A stretch of DNA of 64,000 nt from Paramecium tetraurelia (Eukaryota): positions 124,001 through 188,000 of the forward strand of contig CT868518.1 of assembly GCA_000165425.1 (NCBI GenBank), written 5' to 3'. A program made the translations under genes and the position numbers. This document shows, piece after piece, positions 24,824 to 38,665 of the stretch. Under the pieces are notes generated by a model. The model saw only the letters and a program-made list of their open reading frames with translations. It was not told where the DNA came from and did no database searches. Numbering within the stretch: position 1 is the first letter of the stretch; the number at the start of each line of letters is the position of its first letter.

Positions 24824-27800
24824 ATGGAAACCAAATCTGAATACGGTTTATCAAAGGAAGGCCAAAGCTCTTTGGGTAAGGTGGTGATTGAGATAAAGAA
24901 TGTTCTATTTTCAGTAACCAGATAGATGCTTATTGATGATGATCCATCCTTGTTGTTTACGATCGCATCATTACTCATCCAGCTATTTTAAATGACTTAC
25001 ATTTGCTTCAATCGAAATCTTTATTCGGCTTGGAAGCATGATGAAATAGCAGAATATGTATAATCGATAACTGGCTATGTTCTATTATCTCCTCAATATG
25101 ATCACATGTCATATTCAGCAATGGTGATATTAACTTACCTGTTTGTAGGCATAATTGCTTTAGAAATTTTACTCTATTTGGTATTGAGCAACAGAACTGA
25201 GAAACTCAGCAAGACTCTGCCCATGACAATGTTAAAATCAATTATCAATTTGATGCTTTCAATTTTATATATGCCAATTGTAGATTTATTTATTTCAGTG
25301 TGGACATGCAGAGATTCTTACCACTTTTCATTTACGAATTATGAATGCTGGGCAGGCAGTCATACTGTCCATTCAATTGTCGCAATTATATTTTTGATCA
25401 TATTCTACACCTTGAGTGCAGTTCACTCATTTCTCTATTATGAAGCACGCTTTATTTATACCAATTCTATTTCTAAGCAGAGTGGGTTTGATGATTTTAT
25501 TTTGAAAACTTACATTCTGATCTAAGTACTAAATTATTCATTTATTGAATCATAATATGTCTAGGTTATTTTGATAGCCTTCGGAAATATAACTCTCTAT
25601 ATCTATAATTACCACCAAAATACTCACAACAATCTAATAGTCTATAAAATATAGTAAATGATTATTGCAATCAATAATTGGACTTGCATAATGTTGGCTT
25701 TCAGTAAGATCCTAGAGGATGTCATATTTAGAGGTACCATCTATGCATGGCTATTGGGAATTCCTTTATTGATTATTATTGTGATACAAAACCCTGAGGA
25801 AAGAATAGATTTGTTGTTATTGGATAATTTCAAAGGAACAATAAATCAAATATTGTTATAGTAACATCATTTACTAAGATTGCACAATTGGAATACTCAA
25901 TTATTCAATATCATTTTGGATGGATATTTGAAGACTCACAATTAAACATGTGTTAGACCTGACTGTGGCAAGGAATTAATTAAGATCATTTAGTAAAATT
26001 ATTTGGATGCCAGTAAGAGATTCCCATATGATTATTAATTGAAGATTAGATATGGATTCTTCTTGCTCCATATTGGTTAAAGGTAATATGCCTTGTAGGA
26101 ATTCAATCAAGCGTAGAATTTGAATCCAACTATGGATTATGAGTTTGTGCTTTTTAGATACAAGAAGATTATTGAAGATGAAATGAACGATTAAAATGTT
26201 GAATAAGTAGATACTCATAATGATACAATGTACTTAAATATCATCAAGAACTTTTAGAGCAAGATTGAAAGAGTAACCTTGATAAACATGGATTTCTGGT
26301 CTTAATTGTAAGAAGATTACCCAGATTTAGGGAAATTGAATTAGATAGGTTTGAATATTCATAATCTAATGAATGAAATTGAAATGACCTGGAATAGATT
26401 ATAAAAGACAAAATAGAATACTTAGAAGAGTTTAAAAATGTATAGTAAATTTATGATTGATGTTGTGTAAGATTAAGATTATGGTGAGTTGTTGTATGAG
26501 AAATCTAGAGTCATGGATGCCTCTTATGTGAGGAAGGGTATATAGATGGCAAGTAAGGAAGAAATCAGTATGGAGAGTTTGCCTACAATGATCATTTCAT
26601 TAGCTCCTGATAAGTTTGGACAAATCATAAATCTCAATACGGCCTGTCATGTATTTGGCTATATGAAGAATGAATTAATTAATAGGAAATTGAATGTCTT
26701 AATACCCAATATCTTTTAAAAAGCACATGATTAGCTAATGAAATTGGGATTCGATTAAAAATTGAGTAAAGAAAGATCGATTTATGTGAAAAATAAATAG
26801 AATTATCTCATTCCTTGTATCATTGAGATGAAGGCCTTAACATCCCTAGATTAATCAGTTATGATAATAGCATAATTTAAGTTATTCAAACCATATAAGC
26901 AAACATGTTATATATTGTTTGATAGTGATGATATCATAGACTCAATCTCTTTTAATTGTATAAGTTTACTTGGCTTGGATTTGCGATTGATACAGAATAA
27001 GAAATTATTGGTGAGTGAGATATTTCCTTAATTGCAGGACAAGAGCGAATTCTTAATTAAAGGGGGAGGTGTTATTTAATATAGGATACCAGAAGATATC
27101 ATGAGCGGATAGATTCAATCCAATGAATACATTGATGAAAAGACTAAGTTCTCTTAAGAGTTCGTATGTACATTGAATTCAGTTACATTAAATAATTAGC
27201 AATTAGGTTATATGATGAAATTAGAATAAAAAGAGAGTGAGAATCGATTAGTTCCATTGAAGAAATCAAAATCTAATTTCTAATTTAAATATAATGTTAA
27301 TAAGAAGATCTTTTTGGGAGAATTCTCCACTGATCAAGTCTCAGCCATTCATGATTTATCATCGGTTCATGATTAAACTGTAGATGTAAGTGCCATGTCT
27401 GTAAAAAACTAATCAATTACACAAGTGAAATCATCAGAGGATCAGAAATTTGATTATGGAGAAGGCATTAAGACATTGTAACTCTTTCAAAATAGAATTC
27501 AGGAAATTGATAAGGAGGAAATTATGGAAGAATTTGACGAAGAACATTAATAAAGTGTATTTCAAAATAATATTGAATAATAATAGGATAATGAAAGTAG
27601 CATTAATAACAACATTTTTAAATCAAGAGCTTCGTTGTAAGAATAAATCAAAAATTAAGGGAGAATTTCAATTATATCAAAAATGATCTGGTTTACAAAT
27701 ATTTTATATCTAGTTATGACAGCCTTAGCCTTCTTTGAATTCTTTTATTTAAATCAATAGTATAATGAAATCGAAGATAACATCAATCTTATTGGAAAAG

Positions 27801-29513
27801 AAAACCAAATACAAGCCACATTATAATCTATATTGACAAACGTATAAAATCTGAAGATGCTCAATTTAGGTGTTTGGTAGAATACAAATAAGTCCTCTTA
27901 TGAGACAACTTAAAAGGAAATCCTGGTCAAGCAACTAAATAATGTTTAAGATTTAAATAAGGAGATTATTATGAGCGATTTAAAAATGACAGACTATTAT
28001 TCAAATATGAAGGTTTCAGATACTGTTAAAATGTATTTTAGCACTGGTTCAAGCCAATAATATGATTTTATGGAGGCCACTCAATAAATTATCAGCAAAG
28101 GCATTGAAGTATCAAGTATGTCTCTGAAGGACATTAGGGAAGATTAAACAAGTGTTTTCTTTGTAGAATATAACCTTTTAAATGAGTATTGGATGGCATT
28201 ATCGATAGTAGCAGATTAGTTTGTTTTAGCATTAGATGACAGAACTACCAAACAGGAATAGATTGAAATTATTGTGATTACACTTTCTGCTATTATGTTA
28301 TTTGTGTCTCTAATAATTTATTCGATAGCAATCATCCTCTTAACTTAGATGAGATTATCAATACTACAGTTATTCTTAGATATTCCAGAAAAGACAGTGA
28401 AGTATTTCTACAGCAAGTGTGAGAATTACATAAGTAATTTATAGGTAGGAGAGGATGATGAAAATGTCTCATTTTAAGAAGATTTAGAAGAGCAGGCAGA
28501 GTTGAATAAGACTTTGAAATCAAGAAAGAAGAAGAAGAAGTTTATTAATTCTAATTAAAACCACAAGGATCATATATTATTATTTGTATTTTCAGTTATG
28601 ATATTGTAAGGATATTTTATATTTGCCTATTTTGTAACATAGAATGAATTGAATAATATGAATTAACAAATAGCTGAATTTAATATCACAACGAGATGTG
28701 AAGGTTTCTATAGGTTTTGCGATAATTCTGAAAGGCAACTGTTTTATAATCAAGAAATCAAATTACTCAACCAAGAACCCTATGACGTGATCAAATAAAA
28801 TGTAAAGGATATGTATGCATATGATACATCAATGCAATAACAACATGCTTTGAACATAGATGTGTAGAATTCAGATTACAGAAGTGTGTATGAACATATA
28901 ATGATGTCTGATCCGTGTGATGTACTCCCTTCATATGGATCTCCTGATACTGTTACTTGTGAAGCCTTTGCAAGAGGAGCACTGGCCTAAGGGAACTCGA
29001 TTGGAGTGGCTAGATATATAGAGAATTTGCGATACATTATAACGATCTATGACAAATTTAAAGGTCTTGGGTCTGCTCCAAATTTCACGACTGTTGCAAG
29101 AGGAGATGCAGTGGCTTCTCATATAGTAGAGGATGCAGAGAGAAACAATATTTTGAACTTGAATAACTTCAATTAGACAAAAGAGTCGAGGGTATATCAA
29201 TCTAATTATCTAACACGTATGTTTATGCACATTATTATGTTAAGCATCTTTTCGATATTTGACTGATAACATGATTGATGGATTCAGTAAGGATTTAAGT
29301 GATCATGTAGCATAGAAATTGGCAGTTTTCATAGTTTTCAATGTCTTACTCTTCATAATGTAATTTTTGATCATGTACCCTTTCCTTTTGAAATTAAACA
29401 AGCAAATATCAAATACAAGGCTGTTGTTGACAATGATTCCACTGAGATTGATACTCAAAATATACTCCATAAGAAACTTCATCAAAAATAATTTGACTGA
29501 TATTTAATATTGA
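24824..29513 (+). CDS. Multi-pass membrane PAS-domain protein of the TmcB/TmcC (tiny macrocysts)-like family
   Basis: N-terminal TM bundle with ECWAGSH; TPR-like region; PAS-like GQIINLNTACHVFGYMKNELINRKLNVLIPNIFQKAHD; C-terminal TRLLLTMIPL. Confidence 0.8.
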
Positions 29514-29533
29514 AATAATTATTATAATTATAA

Positions 29534-30380
29534 ATGAAAAAATCTCCACCTCCAAAAGATAAAAAAAAAAAAGAAAAAAGTCTCGAAAAAGCAGGCGATA
29601 AATAGGATAAACAAGAGAAGTTCGAAAAATCAAATAAAAATCTTCAGCCTTTGGATAAAGTCAGAATACCTAGGAATGTGAACTTTTATCTGCACTTCTT
29701 ACAACATCCGGAGATAACTGAGAACGATATAGAATGGGTCTTATAACTTCGACACTGGGATGCTGTATATCAATTTCATATTTAATGTGTAGAACAAAAT
29801 GAAGGAACTTCTTAGCAAGATACCAAATCAACCATACTCTCTCGCAGACAAAAAAACTATATTCTCAGAGAAACAACACGATGTTTAGGATATCAAAAAC
29901 AAGGATAATGTTGCTAATTTTATGCATCTACTTAACCATCGTTTGGGATTGGGTGCTTCTGGGAGTTAAGCAGATTTTGAAACTGGGTTGAGAAGATATC
30001 AAGCAAACGATGAAAATCTAAGTAAGAAGGAGAAGGGATGGTGGTATATACCGAAGAAGGATAGACATGATTTCCCTGAATTCCCAAAACCTTTGAAGGA
30101 GTAAGGAGAACTTAAAAAGTCTTTCAGTACTGGAAAGTTTAATACAATGAAGTTTACTTATTCAGGATTTGAGGGAATGCAAGAACTGCCTCCCTATACC
30201 ATGAAATTTAAGTAGGGTAATTGCGGCAGCGTGAAACACTTGTTTGGCCCAGATGTAAGAATGTCTCAAGGACTTTGGGAGGAGGGATTAAGGGAGTCAT
30301 ATAATAAGAGAATGCCATCGCAACATCGAAACAAAGAAGAAAGTAAAAATAAACAGAAATTGGATCCTATAAAAAAATGA
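29534..30380 (+). CDS. Hypothetical protein
   Basis: MKKSPPPKDKKK... ORF with one short intron; repeated W/FExGLR-like motifs; TGA at 30378-30380. Confidence 0.6.
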
Positions 30381-30486
30381 CCAACATCTATTAGTTTGTT
30401 ATAAATATATATTTTATATATATGAAAACAATTCAGATGTAAATACGCTTATATTTTATATTATCATTAAACAATAACTCATTTTA

Positions 30487-33400
30487 ATGTTACAACTTAG
30501 TTAGTTGTACGGATATTAGAATAAGTATCCAAAACCTGCCTAATTAACTTAACACAAAAGGTTCGACTCTCAACCCATTCATTTAATCTCTCCAGTGAAA
30601 AGCTTTCAGTAAGATTAATAGGTACAGGAACTCACTCGCATTAGAGAGAAACTTGAATACTACAATGAAGGCAATCGCAAAAAGCCTTTTGAACAAGTTG
30701 TTGAGGAGATGGATTTCAAATACAAAAAATAACCTATACATATCGATCCTACTTAAACTACTTTAAATGAAATTGATAGATTACATAATGATTATCTAAA
30801 TTCTGGTATGCGAGATCCAATTTATTTGAACTCTCTCCAAAAATTAAGACATGATTTTCTAAAATAAGCATAACCTATTGGCTATTATGTTCGTCCACCT
30901 GTGCAATAAGGACATACACCATCTTATACTAATCATCCAATCTATGAGCATTTACCCACAAGCTTTAAAAGAGAATTGAATCAATAACATTCATTACCAG
31001 TATTACAACACAATCGACAGAAAACGGACTTCTCTGGAAGCATAAATGATTAAATGTTGAGTTATATGAGAAACGAGGAGAATGAGGCCGTTAGACAATC
31101 ATCAATGGATAGATTGACCAACATATAGATGATTAAAACTTCAATAGAGAATGAAGTTGTCAAAGAAAGAATCAACAAAATGGCTTAGGAAATGACCATG
31201 AAAAGAAAAAGAGGTTTCGAATCTAACGAAGATGTGACTGTTCCATATAGTCATCTCGAAGGATTTACCATTCAATGGGACATGGTATCAAAATTGCCTA
31301 TTTAATACACTAAAGCCAGAATTTCGTTTGGCATATTTAAATAAACCGAAGAATATCATGCATATAAGTTAACTAGTGATTGTCTTACTCAAGCAGAAAC
31401 CTATAGAACAAATAAATGCATCTTCAATTCAATAGAATAAATGAGAGATGTTCAAGCAGATGACAAGACAATACTGTACATTGAAATTTGGGTCTTTGAA
31501 AGTGATGGATCTTTATCTATGCTTGGTTGGAGTGTCTTTAAACTATTTGATCGTACCGGATCACTATACATAGGTAAATATAAACTGCCTTTCTATCAGT
31601 AACAATACAAACCCAGGGACCTTTTAGTGTATAGTAAAGAGTACCCTTATTATGGAAATTTATGTATGTACTTTAGAATTATGCAATAACCTTAACATCT
31701 CGATGAAATTATCTTTGTAGAAAGTGATTACCACATTCCTCATTATCATATTCATAGGGAATGTAAAATTATAAGGTCGGAAATCAAAGATCAGGCCTAA
31801 ATCCCAACAGATTTTGCCAAGGCCTTTGCTTATGATAAGCCATTGAGAGAGAGAGAACCTCAATTATTTGGAGACCTACCATTGTCGCCTACCAAAAAAT
31901 AAAGAACTCTCAGGCCTTAATATCAAATAACTGATGATGAATATTTTGGCGATGAAAAATTAAAGGAATCTCCAACCACTAGCATTTAATAAAAATATTA
32001 GGTTAAAAGTCGGTTCAGTAAGAAAATCGATACTATAGAACATTTACCAACTCAAGAGAAAAACAGTCAATAATCTAGTGATGCCATTATTAAATTAGAA
32101 TCTATTCGGCATCTTGATAAAGATTCCTAAAGAGGATCCACAAAAAATATTAGAATTTAATTAATTCAAGAAGAATAGTTTGACAGCAAGCGAAGCATAG
32201 AAGTGAAGGAGGCAACTAGGAGGGCAAATGGAGACAATACAATTAGAGGAGATAGAACTATTAGGGGGGATAGAACTGTTAGAGGGGATAGAACAAATAA
32301 AGGAGGCTAGACGAGCAGACATCTCATTCAATTATAATAATAAGATGGACTATCTAATTAAATAACTAATGTTAAGTATTTTAACAAATTGAAACGCAAG
32401 TTAAAAGCCAATTAAGGAGATTAGACTGTTAGATCTTAAAAAAATATTGAAATTCCAACCGAGCCGGATTTAGGTAGTACAAGGAATAAAGTGGTGATAA
32501 CTGGGGCAGGAGTTGTAGTAATGGATATTTTAAAATTGAGTAGTTTGGATACCAAAAAATATAATGAATTGAAGTTGAAAATTGGTTTCTTTATTAATGA
32601 TATCATATTGAAGGATGAAAATGAAACAGATTGTGTCATGACTTAAAACTTGATTCCAAATGAAGTAACCGATAAGTAGCAAAGATATAACCTTCATGCA
32701 GAGTTCTCCTTAGATTATGCTAATATATTATCCATTTTTGAGCAGGAGGGATTCTCTACAAAGGATGCTTATGTTTACATTGCAATTTATTAGAATAATG
32801 CATTATTGGGCTGGTATGTGGGTCAATTATTCAAAGAGACAGACGATCTAAATAATCTATAAGTAGATTCTGGCTTATATTAAGTTAATTTAATTAAACC
32901 CCCTGGTCAATAAGCCCCATTTCATCAAAAGGACATGGTTAAAAGTAATATTTAATTGGATTTTGTTTTGATGAGCAAGAAGGACCAACTTAAGAATCTG
33001 CCTACAGTAAATAAGTACACAATTTAAGAAGAAGAGAAAGTTAAAAATGTGGAAAATCCAGAATGGAATACTTAAATGATTATTTAATTGCTTCAGGCAT
33101 ACAATTTCGTGTCCAAAGATGAGCTATAGATCAGTATATCTATTCAATCTGAGTAAAAGACAATAGATGATGTTCTGTAAAGATAATGTTAAATAAAGGA
33201 TGATTTGGATATCTTTTCAACTGAATCAAAAAATGTATATAATTCCCATTATTATACTACATTTAGAGTAGGAAAGAAGTATTTGTAGGATACATTTTCT
33301 AAAGTTAATCTTTTAAATTATGTGATCATAATCCATCAGCATAATTAATTTTTGGGAATGACCTAGCTGAATGTTTTTAAGAAAACATCAATGTAGACTG

Positions 33401-34413
33401 GTGAATTTAGATTAAACTTATATACAATAAATAATAAAAAGTTGAGCTTTGAGATTAAATTACTAATTAAAGAAGTACCATTGTAATTAGATATTTATGA
33501 AAGGACACCATCTTATCGAATGAGTAAATCTAAAGGTGGTTATACATAATAAGATGAAGATGATGAAGTTAAGGAGAAGGATTCAAAGAAACCTTCAAGT
33601 ATATCTCGATATTTACCAATTACAGTATAGATTTAAGAATTATAGTTAAAGAATAAGAAGGTTGTTTTGAAGATTTTGAAGAATAATGAAATAGTAAAGT
33701 AGTAGAATGAGGATGATTGTATACAAGAGATGATTGTTCCAAATTCAGCTGTATTTATTATCGACATTGATGATATGTTAAAGTGTAAGGAAGGCTATTT
33801 TGTGTTGATAGAAGTTTATGATGATGTTTTAATAGCATGGTTTGCTATGAATATGGTATTTAATAAGAAACTATACACAACCAAATTATTCACCGAATTA
33901 TACAAGAGTCCAAAATTACAAACCCCTTTGGATTATAAGCTGGTTAAGAAGTTGAAGGAGAAGATAGAATTCCAAATTCATTAAGGAGATGTGCGAACGG
34001 ATATTAGGAAGTTAAATCAGAAACAAAGAACAGGCTTAGACATACATATTCATTCAATTTCAAATTTGCCATACAACGGAGACAATCAAATAATAATTCA
34101 ATTGATTAATGATGGCAAAGTGATTCAGGATAAATTATTAAAATTGTGTTAAACAAAGTAGAATATGAATATTGTTAATGGTTATATTAAAGATTTAAGC
34201 TTTAATTTTAATTTAAACAAAGGAGATGTCCCTAAAAATAGTTAGTTGGGAATTTATATAAGTCAGGAGAATGTGGAGGTGAGATGGTGTGTTATCTCTT
34301 TGTACACTTTGGGGAAATTGAAGGAAGGGAAGGTGGAGAAGAAAATGTTTACAGGGCCATTCAATAAGACAAACAAGGTTTCAAATACTGATATTTGTCT
34401 AGAAATAGAGTGA
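30487..34413 (+). CDS. Large protein with multiple C2-like domains (CCDC17-like N-terminal region)
   Basis: Start and stop in the same frame; DYLNSGMRDPIYLNSL; EGFTIQWDMVSKLP...LGWSVFKLFDRTGSLYIGKYKLPFY, with similar W-containing C2-like modules repeated downstream. Confidence 0.65.
32227..32298 (+). repeat. 18-nt coding tandem repeat (NGDNTI-RGDRTI-RGDRTV-RGDRTN)
   Basis: Four imperfect 18-nt units in frame within the 30487-34413 CDS. Confidence 0.8.
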
Positions 34414-34487
34414 TGATAAAAAATAGAGTTGAATAAATATATTGAATATATTGGAATGAATAAAAATTTAATTTTAAATTATAATTT

Positions 34488-35374
34488 ATGGGCAGAGAGT
34501 TCAGTGGTGGTAGAGGAGATACACGAGGTGGTAGAGGAGGAGACCGAGGAAGAGGAGCTCCAAGAGGTAGAGGAGCCCCAAGAGGTGGAAGAGGAGGTCG
34601 TTTCGGAGGAGCTCCAAAAGCCTTTGTAGTTCCTCATCCAAGATTGGCAGGAGTTTTTGTGGCCAAGGGATAATAAGAAGCTTTGGTTACTAAGAATATG
34701 GTGCCAGGAGAATCAGTTTATAATGAGAAAAGAATTTCTGTTGAAGATAAACAAACAGGAGAGAAAGTAGAATATAGAGTTTGGAATCCATTCAGATCAA
34801 AGATAGCAGCTGGAGTTATCGGAGGAGTGAGTGATATTTTCATTAAGCCAGGAGCTAAGGTGTTATATTTGGGAGCTGCATCTGGAACCACTGTTTCTCA
34901 TGTTTCAGACATTATAGGATCAGAAGGTACATATTTGAAGATTATTTTAGGTGTTGTATATGCCGTTGAGTTCTCTCATAGATCAGGCAGGGATTTGGTC
35001 AATATGGCCAAGAAGCGAACAAATATTGTTCCCATCATTGCCGATGCCAGAAAACCATTAGAGTACAGGATGCTTGTTGGTATGGTTGATGTTGTATTTG
35101 CCGATGTGGCATAACCAGACCAAGCCAGAATTGTGGGATTGAATTCACAATATTTCTTGAAGAAGGGTGGTCATTTCATGATCTCCATCAAGGCTAATTG
35201 CATTGATTCCACGAACAGAGCTGAAGTAGTCTTTTAACATGAAGTGCAAAGATTGAAGGTATACTAATATTCAAATTATCTTTACAGGATGAAGGCCTTA
35301 CACCTCAAGAATAATTGACATTAGAACCATATGAAAGAGATCATGCTATTGTTATTGGAGTGTATAATGTTTGA
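34488..35374 (+). CDS. FBL: Fibrillarin (box C/D snoRNP rRNA 2'-O-methyltransferase)
   Basis: RGG-rich GAR domain; [50 protein letters not shown]; introns 34927-34950 and 35259-35287. Confidence 0.97.
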
Positions 35375-35395
35375 AAATTAAAATATAAATATTTA

Positions 35396-36213
35396 ATGAG
35401 TCATTATTAAAACCCCTCTTACAATCATGCTCAAATGAAATAATAAGTTGGAGTTTCCAATTTGAAGATGCTAGATGGGGAGGACTTGAGTAAGCCATCC
35501 AATTTCATTCTCTATTTTAGCTGCTGGAGACAGAAGAAAAATGTAGTAACTGTAGATGAAAGATTGGGTTTAATAACAAACTCAAGAGAACTAAGCCAAA
35601 AAACAATTGAACAAGCAGATCCAACAATAATATGATTAACAGACTCTACAAATAAATCAGAACTTGAAGGAATTAGATCAAGAACAACAGAGGAGAAGAG
35701 TTGAGATGGAAATAGCAAATCAGCAAATCAATAACTAAATGGCTAAAGAAAAACAGGATAGGGAACAATACATGGCAGCTCTGGCTTAATAGGAAAAGAA
35801 ATAGCATCAGCAAGAAATAATGAATAATGATGTCTGGACTGAAAAGTACATTCCTCCTTTATTAAATCTAAAGTACGGCAACCTGTTAAAGCGCTTTGGC
35901 TCCTCACAGAGTCATACCTTATCATTACAAAGGAATGTCAGAAGAATAGAGATAACAAATCAGAAATGATTAGGCTTAATAAAGATAAGAAAATGAACAG
36001 AAAAGGTAATAGGAGAAGGAAGATGAAAAGATGTGGGCACAATATAATGAGGTATATCTATATTTTGATCATCTCTAGCATAATCGAAAGTAACTTATTG
36101 TTTAGGAAAGGGAAAAGGCTCGTAAATTGTAAACTTTGAGGAATAATTAAAAAGAGTTTAATTTACTATCCTAAACTGAATAGAAATTAAAACTTAAAAA
36201 TGAATATGCATGA
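35396..36213 (+). CDS. RIB43A: RIB43A-like ciliary microtubule inner protein
   Basis: GVSNLKMLDGEDL and APHRVIPYHYKGMSEEQ motifs typical of the RIB43A family; coiled coil; short introns. Confidence 0.8.
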
Positions 36214-36231
36214 TAAATAAATATATTTATA

Positions 36232-37128
36232 ATGATCTATGAGATTACACATTTTTTAATTTCAGAGAGTCCAAAATGTATGGATATCTTAAAAGAATAT
36301 TTGGTTCTTGGTACTTTGGATGAAAATGTATATCTATGTTCTTAACCATATCATACAAAATGAAATGAAACTATATTGATAGATCATCTTTAGGTGTTAT
36401 AGACTTATCCATTAATGTTGAAGGAGCTTAAGTACTAAATTAGAATAAAATAATATCAATTCTTGTGTTATCATTAGGTAATTATCTTAGGATCTGAGAT
36501 ATTAATGAAAGTGAATACCTGAAATATCATTTGATGCATTTTCCAATTAGATTTCTTGATTCATCAATTATAGTCACTTCTGGAGAATTGAGAATAACTA
36601 GCTTTTATCAAATTAAAACAAATTGAGGATTAAAAATATAGACACAAACCCAATTTCTTATTCATGTTCACTAAAGATTCATGATTTATTATTAGCAGTT
36701 GGTAATGAAGAGGGTTCTCTCATTTTGATCAATTAAAATTCATAAAAGAAGTAGATCAAATTTTATTCTAAACAAATAAAGACAACAGTATCTATGGATA
36801 ACAATAGAATATTGACAAGATCAGATGATGAATTAATTAAACACTTAGACCTAGAGAAGTTTGAAATCATTCAATAATTCAGAGGTCATAAGTATGGAGT
36901 GAGGATCTCTGTAAATTAATGAGAAAGTATGAAATTTAAGATTATTCAACTTTTTGTCAGCTGTTCTACAGACAGAACAATTTGAGTTTGGGATGCTAAT
37001 CAGATTTACTCCCAGAATTACATATAAACCATGAATGACAAACCAGGAGGTATCAGCAGTATCGACATAAGAATGACCAAATCATTGCTGCTCATGATTG
37101 TGGCATAATAAGCTTTTATGCTATATGA
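36232..37128 (+). pseudogene. WD40 pseudogene, WDR61/Ski8-like
   Basis: LGVIDLSINVEG, LAVGNEEG, FRGHKYGV and FVSCSTDRTI*VWD fragments lie in different frames; in-frame TGA at 36495 (LRI*DI) and 36983; frameshifts not explained by GT-AG introns. Confidence 0.7.
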
Positions 37129-37157
37129 TAATTATTTTGTGCGGTATGCGTGGTTAA

Positions 37158-37756
37158 TCATTTTACAATCTTATCTCTTCTGTATTTGAATGGATAACTT
37201 GAAATATCTTATAAAGGGGATGCTCTTTCCTCACTTGGATAAAGTATGTTTGTGAAGAAACCATGTCTATTATTGTAAGACTCTCTAATTTATCTATGAA
37301 TCTCCTAAGTTGTCCAAGTACGAGGTACTTACTCATTGAGGGCTTTCATATTTAATCCAACTCTTCTCTCTATTAAATTAAGCAAATGCAACTTCTCGCT
37401 ATAATAATTAAGAATATTCAATACTTTTATAAGGCATTGTAAAATGGATTGAAGTTTAGCCATCCTAGCCAAAGAATGCCAGAGATTGCTGCAGGAATCA
37501 ATCTTTATGCAGACACTGAATATTTTGTAGCTATGTATGGCTACAATGCCCCAGTATAGTGAAATAGAGCATAACATGCAGCTGGAAATCCCCAATATGA
37601 CCAAGTATTTAATCTATCCTTTAGAAGGAAAGATTTGATATCCTCAGAAAATAAAACTCTCTATTTATAAGCATTTAGAAGAGTGATTGATTTCTCTTCT
37701 TCAGTATAAAAGTGCCAGATCCTTAACTCGAAAGGAGATCGCTTTTCAAAGGCCAT
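37158..37756 (-). CDS. Two-TM protein (~190 aa), possibly a mitochondrial inner-membrane protein
   Basis: MAFEKRSPFELRIWHFYTEEEK...WSYWGFPAACYALFHYTG...IPAAISGILWLGWLNFNPF / 26-nt intron / ...YPFKYRRDKIVK*. Confidence 0.75.
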
Positions 37757-37808
37757 CTTTTCAATAAAATAAATTATAAACTAATATTTATTCAAATTTT
37801 TATCAGAT

Positions 37809-38279
37809 TCAAAGCTAATCAATAACAATAGACTGGAAAGTCTTCAAGATCCTGTGCTAAGAAGGAATTAGAATGCAATTTTTTCTTTTTGGTGTTCTTG
37901 AAAAAATTTATTATTAATCTTTAGTGGATATTCTTTCCCTCTTTATAACTCCCTTTTAAGTTTCAATGATAAGGACTTTATCACAAAAACTCACTCTTTT
38001 TTATTTTTGACTTGAACATATTTATTTCATCTAAAATATGCTATCTTTTAATTAGAAGGAAGGGTTTGTCTTTATCGAGGACTTCATTTAAATATGGTTG
38101 TTTGTTTGAGTAGTAATTGAGAATTCTTAAATAGGCTTTAATTTAAGTTTCTATAAAAGAGATGGTGTTGAGATAAGTAAATTTCTTTCTGATTGAAATG
38201 TTGGAGTCAATTCATCATTTTGTTGTGATGAATCTATGTTAATTTAGAGTTTTCTCGCTATTTTAAAAGATTAGATCAT
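37809..38279 (-). CDS. Hypothetical protein with KRVSF (RVxF-like) motif
   Basis: 156-aa ciliate-code ORF MIQSFKIARKLQINID...QKRVSFCDKVLIIE... Confidence 0.5.
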
Positions 38280-38665
38280 AATTAATATTTTATGATACTG
38301 CTTTATTTAGAATTTCTAGATTACTTGAAAAAATAAAATAAGTTTTAGAAGGGAGTTGTATGAAAAGAATTAAAATTGATCTGATTGGAATTGAAAAAAT
38401 AACCATTTTTATTTTTGATTCTTATTTGAATCAATTTTTTCTCTAGATTCATATATTTTGTGTCTCTTGCACGATATAGATTCTAAAAGCTCACTTTCTA
38501 AGAATTTAATGTGGGTCAATTAGATTTTTGTAATTCGACAATTGGCATTAATTTTAGTATTAGTGATAACATTGGAAAATGTAAGTATATTTAAAATAAA
38601 TAATTTATTATATTTATTATTAAATAATTTAGTTGATATAAAAATATAACAAGAGAATTTTATAT

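Noticed and set aside
36495..36985. In-frame TGA read as Trp or selenocysteine in the WD40 gene
   Set aside because: One TGA replaces W and another R/K, frameshifts coexist and no SECIS is evident; pseudogenisation is simpler
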